From assembly GCA_018060515.1 (NCBI GenBank), contig JAGOVY010000001.1, positions 1 to 57,096 on the forward strand: a stretch of 57,096 nt of DNA, in the 5' to 3' direction. Made by a program: the position numbers and the translations under genes. The notes below the pieces were generated by a model that was not told the DNA's origin, searched no databases, and saw only the letters and a list, made by a program, of their open reading frames with translations. Shown in pieces: positions 18,757 through 28,197 of this stretch (the first letter of the stretch is position 1; each line of letters opens with the position of its first letter). This stretch comes from Anaerolineaceae bacterium. Lineage in GTDB: Bacteria > Chloroflexota > Anaerolineae > Anaerolineales > Anaerolineaceae.

Positions 18757-19549
18757 GGTATGTCCTATCTTTCAAGATATTTTGATGCGAGCCTATTAGC
18801 CCTGTTGTTCACCTTTTATATATAAGGTTGAAACAATTCTGCTTTGAGATAAGGGTGAGCTGATGCTGTATGTTTTTAATGGGTATCGGTTAACCTCTCT
18901 TCCTCAAGCACAAAATAATTTTCATTAATTGAACTCTTGGATATTATGTAATTGAAAAACCAAGGAAACCTTCGTACAAATGATAATAGCATGAAAGAAA
19001 AACCTTTTCAAGTAAATTATTGTGCTTGTCTGACAAAAGAGGATAAATGTAATATTTTCTTTGTGCAGAGGCTGGTGTTTTTGATAAACAAAAGATGGAT
19101 TTTACGTGAATACCATTGCGGAAATTTTGTCGCGGTCCGAATATGAAAACCAATGCTGAAGCGGCTTTCATTCCCCATAACGTTCGACATCATATCACCA
19201 CAGACCGCCTTCTGTGATCTTGATATATCGTTCACAGTTGGGTTTACGCCTCTCAATTGAACCCTTTGCTGGAAATCCTGTCGTGTAGACCCTCTCTGCC
19301 TGAATCAACAGCTTATATATCCCTACCATATCAGCCATGTCTTGCGTGTTCACAAGCATAGACACGGCTAAGATGCGTATCTCCTCTTAAAACCGGAGGT
19401 AAACAGCGTGGATATCAATAGAAATTTATCGCAGCTTACTGGCATATTCAACCACCTGCACTCAGAAAACGACCGTTTATCGCAAATCGGTGGCAATTTG
19501 GCTACATTTTTCTTATACTTTAGCTGTAATTTCAACCAGAGGTGACCTG

Positions 19550-19990
19550 ATGCAAATCGAAATTCGAATTGACAGTACATGCAAAGAACCGAAAGTAATC
19601 ATTGTGACCAATCAGGTTACTGACGAAGTCAATTTACTGCTAAGAAAATTCGCTGAAGAGCATCCGAAAATTATCGCCGGCTTTAAGGACGAGGTCGTCG
19701 CGGTGCTGGAGTTGGCAGATATTGTGCGGATTTTTTCCTCAGCCGGTAAAGTTTTCGCTGAAACCCACCATGAACAATTTGCATTGAGATTGCGTTTATA
19801 CGAATGCGAGGAAAGGCTTATTGATGCTTCCTTCACACGCATCTCCAATTCAGAAATTATCAATCTGAAAAATGTAAAGGGGTTTGATCTGAGCATTGCC
19901 GGAACCATTTGCGTTACGCTCTCCAATGGTTCCGTTACTTTTGTTTCAAGACGTTACGTTTCAAAAATCAAACAAGTATTAGGAATTTGA
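19550..19990 (+). CDS. LytTR-family DNA-binding protein (stand-alone, 146 aa)
   Basis: The C-terminal part FTRISNSEIINLKNVKGFD...VTLSNGSVTFVSRRYVSKIKQVLG is typical of a LytTR domain. Start is ATG 19550, after AGAGGTGA. Confidence 0.8.
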   Translation: MQIEIRIDSTCKEPKVIIVTNQVTDEVNLLLRKFAEEHPKIIAGFKDEVVAVLELADIVRIFSSAGKVFAETHHEQFALRLRLYECEERLIDASFTRISNSEIINLKNVKGFDLSIAGTICVTLSNGSVTFVSRRYVSKIKQVLGI

Positions 19991-20000
19991 GGAGCATATA

Positions 20001-20465
20001 ATGAAAAAACAAATGATTTTGCGTGGTCTGTTTGGTTTTCCGGTGGGGATCGCAATCGGATATGTGATTACCATCATGATTTCCGCGGTTTGGGGAAAGG
20101 GGTTCTATCTCGCCGCCACTCCTCAGCTGATCAACGCGCTGGGTAATGAACTCAATGCCGTCATCCTTCAAGCTTTATTGAGCGGAGTGGTTGGCACAGG
20201 TTTCGCGATGGCTTCAGTCATCTGGGAGCTTGACCATTGGAGTATCGCAAAACAGAGTGGAGTCTACTTTCTGGTAATTTCTATCATCTTGCTGCCCATC
20301 GCATACGTAACACATTGGATGGAACATTCGCTCGCCGGGTTTCTCTCCTTTTTTGCAATGTTCCTGGCAATATTTATGATCACCTGGATCATTCAGTATT
20401 TCGTCTGGAAAAACAATGTAAAAAAGATAAATGAAGGTGTAAAGAACATCACGATGACGAGGTGA
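20001..20465 (+). CDS. DUF3021-like 4-TM membrane protein, partner of the LytTR regulator
   Basis: 154 aa with four hydrophobic helices. It lies 10 nt downstream of the LytTR gene and is preceded by GAGGAG. Confidence 0.68.
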   Translation: MKKQMILRGLFGFPVGIAIGYVITIMISAVWGKGFYLAATPQLINALGNELNAVILQALLSGVVGTGFAMASVIWELDHWSIAKQSGVYFLVISIILLPIAYVTHWMEHSLAGFLSFFAMFLAIFMITWIIQYFVWKNNVKKINEGVKNITMTR

Positions 20466-20530
20466 AACTCGCATAGCTGAATTAACCTCTAGCTCTCATC
20501 AGGTGCCAGCGGTTTTCATTCATTGATACC

Positions 20531-20567
20531 AGCCCGCTTAAGATTAATGCAAGCGGGCTTTTTCTCT
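20531..20567 (+). terminator. rho-independent terminator
   Basis: Stem AGCCCGCTT / AAGCGGGCT with an 11-nt loop, followed by TTTTTCTCTT. Confidence 0.72.
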
Positions 20568-20826
20568 TCACAACCGGTTTTCCAGCCGTAATTGCATTCG
20601 TTTAATTCTTAACGAAGTGCTCAATACCCTAAATACCAAACTCCTTCAAGCTGTAAATTGAAAGGACGCCATTAATTTACAAATGGTCTTACAATTAGAT
20701 CAGTCAGACTCATAACCCGTATGAGCTGCCCTAAAATTATTACTCTTAGAATAACCCTCGAGGCCACACAAGAACTTCAACCCAAAAAGATCGAAAATCC
20801 ATTATTAGTGAAATGAGACAAAACCC

Positions 20827-21687
20827 ATGCCCAAAAATATCGCGTTAATTACTGACAGCACCAATGACTTGCCACATGAGCTGCGTGAAAAATACAATAT
20901 CCGCGTGGTGCCGCTTACCATTGTATGGGGAGAAAAACAGTATCTGGATGGCGTGGATATCACCCCGCAGGAGTTTTATGAACGGCTGGGAACCACACCA
21001 GACCACCCCACCACCTCTCAGCCAACCCCTGAAGATTTTACGCACGCTTATGAAGCTGCCGTAGCAGATGGCGCGGAAGAAATTCTGGTTATCACCATCA
21101 GCAGTGCCATGAGCGGCACAATTGAATCTGCGCGTTCGGCAGCGCAAGGGTTTAGAATCCCCGTTCGCGTGCAAGATTCCCGCTCCAACTCGATGAGCCT
21201 GGGCTGGCAATTACTGGCTGCTGCGCGCGCACGCGAGAAGGGTGCAAACCTCGATGAAATGGCAGCAGCGGCTGAAGACGTCAGATACCGCCTGCATTAT
21301 CACATCATCCTCGATACGATGGAGTACCTGGTAAAAGGTGGACGGATCGCCGGGGCAACCAAGTTTATTGGCAACGTGCTCAATATCAAACCGCAAATCC
21401 GCGTCAACCACCAAAGCGGGTCAGTGGAAGCTGGAGATGTCTCACGAACGCGCGCCCGCGCACTCGAAAATCTGTATTCAAGCTTTTTTAAAAAGGTCGA
21501 CCCAGAAAAGCCAATGCACATCGCAGTGCTGCACAATGCCGCATATGACGAAGCCAAAACGCTGGCGGATAAAATCCTCGGCGAGTTCCCCACGGTCGAA
21601 ATCATCATCGGGATTGTTTCCCCCATCCTCGGCGCGCATACCGGTCCACGTGCGGTTGCGCTCTGCGGTTATTCTGAAGGCAGTTAA
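20827..21687 (+). CDS. DegV-family fatty-acid-binding protein
   Basis: IALITDSTNDLP..., TSQPTPEDF, ITISSAMSGT; 286 aa. These are the canonical DegV motifs. Confidence 0.87.
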   Translation: MPKNIALITDSTNDLPHELREKYNIRVVPLTIVWGEKQYLDGVDITPQEFYERLGTTPDHPTTSQPTPEDFTHAYEAAVADGAEEILVITISSAMSGTIESARSAAQGFRIPVRVQDSRSNSMSLGWQLLAAARAREKGANLDEMAAAAEDVRYRLHYHIILDTMEYLVKGGRIAGATKFIGNVLNIKPQIRVNHQSGSVEAGDVSRTRARALENLYSSFFKKVDPEKPMHIAVLHNAAYDEAKTLADKILGEFPTVEIIIGIVSPILGAHTGPRAVALCGYSEGS

Positions 21688-21719
21688 CCAAATTTTAAGC
21701 TTCTTAAGACATTTTTCTC

Positions 21720-21774
21720 TTGTTATCCAACTTGAATTGTTATATGATTAATTTGCGTTTTTCGAAGAAAAACG
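21720..21774 (+). promoter_or_regulatory. candidate promoter and 5'-UTR hairpin upstream of phnD
   Basis: TTGTTA (21720-25), a 17-nt spacer, then TATGAT (21743-48). This is followed by an 8-bp hairpin CGTTTTTC-GAA-GAAAAACG (21756-21774). Confidence 0.3.
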
Positions 21775-21807
21775 TTAAACCTGTTCACCCAATTCAAGGA
21801 GGAAGAA

Positions 21808-22842
21808 GTGAAAAGAACCATGTTCGTGTTGTTGACGGTGCTGGTATTGAGCACGCTTATTTTAAGCGCCTGTACTCAGCCCACCCCCGTTGCTCCGGTT
21901 GAGACCGAAGCACCCGTCGTCCCAGAACCGACTGAACCACCCGCCCCCACTGCGGTTCCATATGAAACCTGTGGAACACCGGAAAAACCATGCGTGATCA
22001 CATTCGTCCCCTCTGCTGAGGTTGGCAAGATCACCGTAGCCGGACAGGGAATTGCTGATTGGCTCGCCGCTGAAACCGGTTTGACCTATCAAATTGAAGT
22101 GGGCACCAGTTTTGCCGCATCAATCGAAGCCATGGGTGCAAAGAAAGCTCAAATCGGCTTTCTTAATACCTTCTCTGTGCTGCTTGGCAAAGCCAAATAC
22201 AATGTTGACCCCGCCCTGGCAGTGGTTCGCAAGTTGGCTGTCAATGAACTCAGCCCCGACAAAGAGCTTGAAGGTACGATGCAGCCTTACTACCGCGGAC
22301 AGTTCATCACGCAAGCTGATTCCGGCATCACCTCAATCGCCGACCTGAAGGGGAAAACCTTCTGCTTTGTTGACCCCAACTCTGCTTCCGGTTATATTGT
22401 CCCCAATATCATCATGAAGTCCCAGGGTATCGATTCTGAAGCTGGTGATGTAACCGTAACAATGGCTGGCTCACACCCGAACGTGGGTGTCGCCGTATAC
22501 AACGGTGACTGCGACGCTGGCGTGACATACATTGACATCCGCAAAGATGAGTCTGCAAAATTGTACGAGACTTATCCCGACATCATGGAAAAGGTCGTTG
22601 TCTTCTACACCACCGACATCATCCCCAGCGACGGCATCCAATTCATCGATAACTTTGATCCTGAATTGAGAGCAACAATTGTCGCAGCTTTCTTGAAGAT
22701 GGCCGAAGATGAAGCCGGAAAACAGTTGTTGAAGGACCTCTATAACATCAATGGCTTGGTTGAAATCCAACCCGATTTCTACGATGCCTTCCTCGCCACG
22801 ATGGTCGCAGCCGGAGTTGACCCCGCAACACTCGTTAAGTAA
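21808..22842 (+). CDS. phnD: PhnD-like phosphonate/phosphite ABC substrate-binding lipoprotein
   Basis: GTG start after AAGGAGG. Lipobox LILSAC, a Pro/Thr/Glu-rich linker, then a PhnD-type body (FVPSAE..., GYIVPN, GVTYID). It is adjacent to phnC and phnE. Confidence 0.78.
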   Translation: MKRTMFVLLTVLVLSTLILSACTQPTPVAPVETEAPVVPEPTEPPAPTAVPYETCGTPEKPCVITFVPSAEVGKITVAGQGIADWLAAETGLTYQIEVGTSFAASIEAMGAKKAQIGFLNTFSVLLGKAKYNVDPALAVVRKLAVNELSPDKELEGTMQPYYRGQFITQADSGITSIADLKGKTFCFVDPNSASGYIVPNIIMKSQGIDSEAGDVTVTMAGSHPNVGVAVYNGDCDAGVTYIDIRKDESAKLYETYPDIMEKVVVFYTTDIIPSDGIQFIDNFDPELRATIVAAFLKMAEDEAGKQLLKDLYNINGLVEIQPDFYDAFLATMVAAGVDPATLVK

Positions 22843-22860
22843 CACAAACATAGGTCGATA

Positions 22861-22888
22861 GGCAGGTCGAAAGACCTGCCTTTTTTAT
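22861..22888 (+). terminator. rho-independent terminator
   Basis: GGCAGGTC-GAAA-GACCTGCC followed by TTTTTTATT. Confidence 0.78.
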
Positions 22889-23084
22889 TCTTTACTCTGC
22901 ACTTTTCTTGGTTGGCTTCCAATCTTAAATATCTGCCAATAAAAAGTAAGCGGCACAAGAATCTGACGCGGCAAGAAATAGTTCATTTTATTAATCACAT
23001 TATGATTATCGATCAAATCCATTCCCCTTTGGAGTTTTTTATATATAATAAAAATTGTTCAAAATTCATTGTCAGGTGATGCGT

Positions 23085-23843
23085 ATGTTAAAGATCGAGC
23101 ACCTTAGTAAGATTTACCCCAACGGTACCCAAGCCCTCTACGATGTCAGTTTTGAAGTCGAACAAGGAGAATTTCTGGCTGTCATCGGACTTAGCGGTTC
23201 AGGGAAATCCACCCTTCTCCGCTGCATCAACCGGTTAATCGAGCCCACATCCGGTACAATCACTTGGAACGGCGTTGAGATCACTAACGCGTCTGGCAAA
23301 GAAATTCGGATGATCAGGCGCCAGATTGGTATGATTTTCCAACAATTTAACCTTGTAAAAAGATCATCAGTTAATACGAATGTTTTAACCGGCAGATTAG
23401 GCTATGTGCGCACCATTCCCAGTTTGTTTCACATTTTCTCAAAAGAAGATCATGCACGGGTAAAGAAAACGCTTGAAATGGTGGGCATTGAGGACAAGAT
23501 CGATGTGCGCGCAGATTCGCTTTCAGGCGGTCAGCAACAGCGCGTTGGCATTGCACGCGCATTAATGCAGGAACCAAAAATGATCCTTGCTGACGAGCCG
23601 GTAGCCTCTCTTGACCCCGTCCTGGCACATTCGATTCTCAAATATCTGGAGAATCTCAACAAAGAATACGGCATAACCGTTCTTTGCAGCCTTCACTTCC
23701 TTGATTTGGTACACCGTTACGCCACGCGGGCAATCGCACTCAAAGACGGCCATTTGGTCTTCCAGGGGCTGCCTAAAGAGATTGACGATGTCCAGTTTAA
23801 GGAAATCTACGGCAAAGAAGCCGAAAGAATCGAAGTAATCTGA
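23085..23843 (+). CDS. phnC: phosphonate-type ABC transporter ATP-binding protein
   Basis: Walker A GLSGSGKSTLLRCINRL, signature LSGGQQQRVGIARAL, Walker B ILADEPVASLD. Start trimmed to ATG 23085. Confidence 0.85.
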   Translation: MLKIEHLSKIYPNGTQALYDVSFEVEQGEFLAVIGLSGSGKSTLLRCINRLIEPTSGTITWNGVEITNASGKEIRMIRRQIGMIFQQFNLVKRSSVNTNVLTGRLGYVRTIPSLFHIFSKEDHARVKKTLEMVGIEDKIDVRADSLSGGQQQRVGIARALMQEPKMILADEPVASLDPVLAHSILKYLENLNKEYGITVLCSLHFLDLVHRYATRAIALKDGHLVFQGLPKEIDDVQFKEIYGKEAERIEVI

Positions 23844-23851
23844 GACCCCCA

Positions 23852-25912
23852 ATGAGCGCTGATCAACAGATAACAAAAAAACCAAGCAGTATCGAGAAGA
23901 TTTTCCCGTACACGTCCATTCTAATCCCCGGGATGGGTCAAATACTGGGAAAGCGACTTTGGCGTGGAATCGCCATTTTTATCCTAACTTTGTTACTAAG
24001 CTTTTTAGTCCAATGGTCTCTGACAAACTACGAAATTGGACTCGTGGGAGACCCTGAGGGAGCCTTCTTTAGCTGGATGTGGATTCCCTTCTTGCTGTTC
24101 TACATTTGGAATATCAGCGATGCGATCAAGTTAAGCAAAAATAAAAAATCGTCTCCTCTGATCGCCGTTATTAGCGCATGTGTCATTCTCTATACAATCG
24201 GTTGGACAGTTACCGGAATTAAGCTTGATCGTCTGGTCACACGTTTCGATGATGCCAAAACAGTAGCTTCACGCCTGGTTAACCCGGATGTATTCTCAAC
24301 GTATGAGGGAGACAAGGTCGTGATGTGCGACTGGAACTGCCTTGGCGAATATATCCGTGCAAAAATCAACCGCACTGAAGCCCCGGCAGTTTTCCCGAGC
24401 ATCAACATCAAACAGATCTTTGGCCAACAAGGAACCGTTACCGCATCACGCTGGGCGGTGTTCTTTGGAAAGGCAACGCTCAACGAGCGAGTTCCAGGTT
24501 TTGAAACCGGTAAACTCGTTGAAACGATTGCTATCGGCCTACTCGCGACGCTCTTTTCAACTGTGCTGGCTATTCCGGTAAGTTTTTTCGGAGCGCACAA
24601 CATCATGAAGCGCGTACCGGTCGGGTCGGTGATCTATTACATTACCCGCGCCTTTCTTAACATCGTTCGGGCAGTTGATACTGTTGTATGGGGCTTGATT
24701 GTGATTGTCTGGGTTGGATTGGGCTCTTTCGCTGGGGTTATTGCCCTCACAATTCATTCCATCGCTGCACTCGGCAAACTTTTCTCCGAAGAGATTGAGC
24801 ACATCGATTCCGGTCCAGTAGAAGCGATTGAGGCTGCCGGCGGAAACTTTTTCCAGGTTATCCGCTTTGGCGTGGTTCCGCAGGTGATTCCGTCATTTCT
24901 CTCTTTTACGCTGCTACGTTGGGATATCAATATGCGCTCAGCCACAGTGATTGGCTTTGTCGCCGGCGGCGGAATCGGCTTTTTTGTTCTCGAAACCATC
25001 CGTATGGGAGGATACAACCAATACGCTGCCGCCATATGGGCAATTGCAGTTGTGATTATCATAGTCGACTTTATCAGCAGTAAATGGCGAGCCAACATTC
25101 TTAAAGACCAGCCTAAATCTGTGGAAAAGACATCCACTTGGAAGAAAGTCAGAACAGCAATCTACATTCTCCTGGGATTGGCGGTTTTCCTTTATTTTTG
25201 GGAAATCACCAAGATCGATCTGAAGAGACTGTTTGACCCCGGACCAACATTTGGTCGCTTATTACGAGATTTCATCACCATAGACGTCAGCAAAAATGTT
25301 GTCAACAATGTGGTCAGAGAGCTGATTATCACGGTAATGCAAGCGCTTTTGGCAACCACACTTGGCGGCATTCTCGCCATTCCATTCAGCTTTCTGGCGG
25401 CCAAGAACCTCACCGGCAAAAGCAAGTTCTCCGCCTGGATTTTCTACGGAACGCGCGGCGTGTTTAACGTTCTGCGTTCGATTGAAGCGTTGCTTTACGT
25501 AGCCATTTTTGTCTACTGGGTGGGCATCGGCCCCTTTGCGGGTATGCTTGCGTTAACCATTACAACCTTTGCGTTGTTGGGAAAGCTTTTCTCAGAAGCC
25601 ATTGAGAATATCGACCCTGGTGTGATTGAAGCTACCACTGCCACAGGTGCGAATAAACTTCAAACCATTATGTATGCGATTGTGCCGCAAATTGTTCCTC
25701 CTTTCCTTTCCTACCTGATTTATCAATGGGACATCAATATCCGCATGGCAACTATCATCGGTTTTGCCGGCGGCGGCGGAATCGGCCTGATGCTCTCCAC
25801 ATTTTTCGGCAGCCTGCAATATCACAAAGCAGGTACTGTGATTGTGGCAATCGTTCTTATCGTAGCGATTATGGATTTCACCAGTGCGAAAATACGCGAG
25901 AAGTTTGTTTAG
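23852..25912 (+). CDS. phnE: fused double PhnE-type ABC permease with an extra N-terminal membrane/loop domain (686 aa)
   Basis: Two homologous permease halves: ...LGKLFSEEIEHIDSGPVEAIEAAGGNFFQVIRFGVVPQVIPSF... and ...LGKLFSEAIENIDPGVIEATTATGANKLQTIMYAIVPQIVPPF.... They follow an N-terminal region of about 210 aa. Confidence 0.82.
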   Translation: MSADQQITKKPSSIEKIFPYTSILIPGMGQILGKRLWRGIAIFILTLLLSFLVQWSLTNYEIGLVGDPEGAFFSWMWIPFLLFYIWNISDAIKLSKNKKSSPLIAVISACVILYTIGWTVTGIKLDRLVTRFDDAKTVASRLVNPDVFSTYEGDKVVMCDWNCLGEYIRAKINRTEAPAVFPSINIKQIFGQQGTVTASRWAVFFGKATLNERVPGFETGKLVETIAIGLLATLFSTVLAIPVSFFGAHNIMKRVPVGSVIYYITRAFLNIVRAVDTVVWGLIVIVWVGLGSFAGVIALTIHSIAALGKLFSEEIEHIDSGPVEAIEAAGGNFFQVIRFGVVPQVIPSFLSFTLLRWDINMRSATVIGFVAGGGIGFFVLETIRMGGYNQYAAAIWAIAVVIIIVDFISSKWRANILKDQPKSVEKTSTWKKVRTAIYILLGLAVFLYFWEITKIDLKRLFDPGPTFGRLLRDFITIDVSKNVVNNVVRELIITVMQALLATTLGGILAIPFSFLAAKNLTGKSKFSAWIFYGTRGVFNVLRSIEALLYVAIFVYWVGIGPFAGMLALTITTFALLGKLFSEAIENIDPGVIEATTATGANKLQTIMYAIVPQIVPPFLSYLIYQWDINIRMATIIGFAGGGGIGLMLSTFFGSLQYHKAGTVIVAIVLIVAIMDFTSAKIREKFV

Positions 25913-25932
25913 CAGCGTTGGCAAATTAAGCA

Positions 25933-25960
25933 AAAACCGGATTCTGAGAATCCGGTTTTT
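25933..25960. terminator. bidirectional terminator between convergent genes
   Basis: AAAACCGGATTC-TGA-GAATCCGGTTTTT. Confidence 0.72.
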
Positions 25961-26005
25961 AGTTGATCTTTTCAGTATTTAAGGAAGGTCGAAGGGTGAA
26001 TTAGT

Positions 26006-26731
26006 TTATTGGCCTACCTTAATTTCACAGCGGTCAAGCCAGGCATTAGCGCCTGGGATAACTGTTTTTGCCATGTCCTGTATGGCTTTGTCCATCCCAG
26101 GGAAGTTGATGGGAAGACCGGTAATCTCTGCGACAATATCTTTCAGGTTTTCCGGAATCTCGCTGATGAGCTGGTCACTGCTGACCATCCAGGCGGCGAG
26201 CTGCAAGTTGATTAACTCGTTGGTCTCTGTTTCGGCTGGTAAATCCGATCGGCAAAGACAATTGGCAAAGTCCAAAGGCTTGCCCGCTTCCAAATAATCC
26301 ACGCGATAGGTTTTATCGGCTGAAGGGAGCAGCTGCAACGCATCAATGCTAAGCACATAAGGTTTGATGGTTTTCATATTTCCTTTTGTCAGGTTTATCA
26401 CGCTGCGCTGTACCACCATCATCCTGCTGGTATTTTCAACATCAGGAATAAAAACCAAACCGCAGGGAACTTCAATTTCCAGGGACTGCTCAGTGGTATT
26501 GAAAAGTTCAAGCTCAATACTCCTGCCGGTCAAAGTGCTCAAGCCGCTGGTTCCCCTAATGCTGACTATCCTTACCTTGCCGGATTCAACCAAGTCGAGC
26601 AAAGTATTGGATTCAGCATCCAATTCCACCTGCGGTTTAAACCTGTTCAGCAGAGAAGAGAGTGAATCAGGCAGGGCACAGGCTGTCAGCATTGCAGCTA
26701 CTAATAATAGCAATAATATTTTAGTTTTCAT
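26006..26731 (-). CDS. hypothetical lipoprotein (241 aa)
   Basis: Start at ATG 26731 after AAGGAGG. Signal peptide plus lipobox (LLLLLVAAMLTAC). No recognisable domain. Confidence 0.7.
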   Translation of the reverse strand: MKTKILLLLLVAAMLTACALPDSLSSLLNRFKPQVELDAESNTLLDLVESGKVRIVSIRGTSGLSTLTGRSIELELFNTTEQSLEIEVPCGLVFIPDVENTSRMMVVQRSVINLTKGNMKTIKPYVLSIDALQLLPSADKTYRVDYLEAGKPLDFANCLCRSDLPAETETNELINLQLAAWMVSSDQLISEIPENLKDIVAEITGLPINFPGMDKAIQDMAKTVIPGANAWLDRCEIKVGQ

Positions 26732-26761
26732 AAAGTCCTCCTTTGATTTTATATTCACTGC

Positions 26762-27556
26762 TCATAATACCCCTGAAAGTTGGTAATACCACATCCCAAA
26801 ATATTCTTTTAAAGTTTTTGTGATGGTGGAAATGTGCGAGTATGAAGGCATCAAATCCAGAATGAATTCCTGTACCGTCGGATTTGAAAGCCTTTCCCAG
26901 GCGTCCACCGTGATGGAGAAATCAGTCGGAGCTGGAATCGCTGTGCAGCCTTGCGCTTCAAATAATGCCATAGACCTGGGCATGTGAAAAGCCGAAGTCA
27001 CCAGAATGACGCTTTCAAAATGGTTTTCCTTGATTAGAGCGCAGCTTAATTCCGCATCTTGCAGCGTGTTGAGAGATTCATTTTGAATAATCATTACATC
27101 TCGCGGGACGCCCAGCATTTCCATTAAAGCTGCCATATCGTCTGCCGGGGTTGAGGGAGAGTCGTTGATAAAGTCAATGTCGCCGCCGCTCAGCAGCAGC
27201 ACAGGGGCAACTCCCTGCTGATACAGCTTGAAGGCGTATAGCACACGGTCTCCGGCAGCGTTGACTTCAACCATGCTGCGCGGGTCAACCTGCGGCTCGG
27301 TTCCACCGCCCAATACAACAATGACGTCAGCGGTGACGCCTTCAGGCAAGGCGGGATAACGCCACTCGAGCGTACGAGCAAAAGCGGTGGCAGTGTATTT
27401 ATTTCCGGCCACCACTAAAATGATGAAGGCGGTGAGAAGCAAACTAAATGCCAAGCGACGCTTCTTCCAAAAAACTAACGTAAAAATGAGCAGCAGAGTA
27501 ACCAACCCGGCGGGATAAAGAAACAAGGGAAGAAGTTTCGAAAAGAAGATGTTCAT
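26762..27556 (-). CDS. YdcF/ElyC-like DUF218 protein with N-terminal TM helices
   Basis: VIVVLGGG...GDRVLYAFKLYQQG...LLLSGG..., typical of DUF218. Confidence 0.75.
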   Translation of the reverse strand: MNIFFSKLLPLFLYPAGLVTLLLIFTLVFWKKRRLAFSLLLTAFIILVVAGNKYTATAFARTLEWRYPALPEGVTADVIVVLGGGTEPQVDPRSMVEVNAAGDRVLYAFKLYQQGVAPVLLLSGGDIDFINDSPSTPADDMAALMEMLGVPRDVMIIQNESLNTLQDAELSCALIKENHFESVILVTSAFHMPRSMALFEAQGCTAIPAPTDFSITVDAWERLSNPTVQEFILDLMPSYSHISTITKTLKEYFGMWYYQLSGVL

Positions 27557-27648
27557 TGCTGCCTTTCTAACAAGATAATTTATATCTAATTATATTGACT
27601 TTTCGTATAAAATTGTTATATACTATTGCATATCAAAAAGGAGGTAGT

Positions 27649-28080
27649 ATGGATTACGGATATAACGAAGGACCCGGATTTCTGTTTTATTTGTTTTATT
27701 TTGCTGTTTTCGCTTTTTCAATCGTTTGTTTGTGGCGAGTCTATGTAAAAGCTGGAAAGCCAGGATGGGCTGCGATTGTGCCCATCTATAACATAATTGT
27801 TGAGCTTCAAATCATTGGCCGCCCAGTGTGGTGGTTGGTGTTGTTGCTGATTCCCTTGGTTAATATCGTTATCGGGATCATCATCATTTTTGACCTGGCA
27901 AAGGCTTTTGGCAAGAGTACCGGCTTTGGGTTTGGCTTGCTCTTCCTTTCACCTATTTTCATGGCAATTTTGGCTTTTGGAGATGCCAAATACATCGGAC
28001 CGGTCGCCGCCGTTCAGCCAACAGTCTACACCCCGCCTTACACCCCTCCGCCAGCGCCCCCTGTACCACCGGCTGCATAA
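27649..28080 (+). CDS. small membrane protein, DUF5684-like, with a Pro-rich tail
   Basis: Start at ATG 27649 after AAAGGAGG. The motif VYVKAGKPGWAAIVPIYNIIVELQIIGRPVWW matches my recollection of DUF5684. Confidence 0.62.
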   Translation: MDYGYNEGPGFLFYLFYFAVFAFSIVCLWRVYVKAGKPGWAAIVPIYNIIVELQIIGRPVWWLVLLLIPLVNIVIGIIIIFDLAKAFGKSTGFGFGLLFLSPIFMAILAFGDAKYIGPVAAVQPTVYTPPYTPPPAPPVPPAA

Positions 28081-28101
28081 TTCGTTAATCAATCACTCAT
28101 A

Positions 28102-28135
28102 AACAAGAGTCCAACACTGGACTCTTGTTTTGTTT
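28102..28135 (+). terminator. rho-independent terminator
   Basis: 12-bp stem AACAAGAGTCCA / TGGACTCTTGTT with loop ACAC, followed by TTGTTT. Confidence 0.72.
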
Positions 28136-28197
28136 ATAATACAATCAACAATATCGTTAAGCAATAAATCAGCGGGAGTGGGTTATAGTTAATTGAT

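Noticed and set aside
18944-19580. ORFs 18944..19171, 18952..19146, 19017..19256 and 19368..19580 as real genes
   Set aside because: They overlap one another on both strands in an AT-rich stretch. They lack RBSs, and their products are low-complexity with no recognisable domain. I kept the region only as a possible decayed remnant (see findings).
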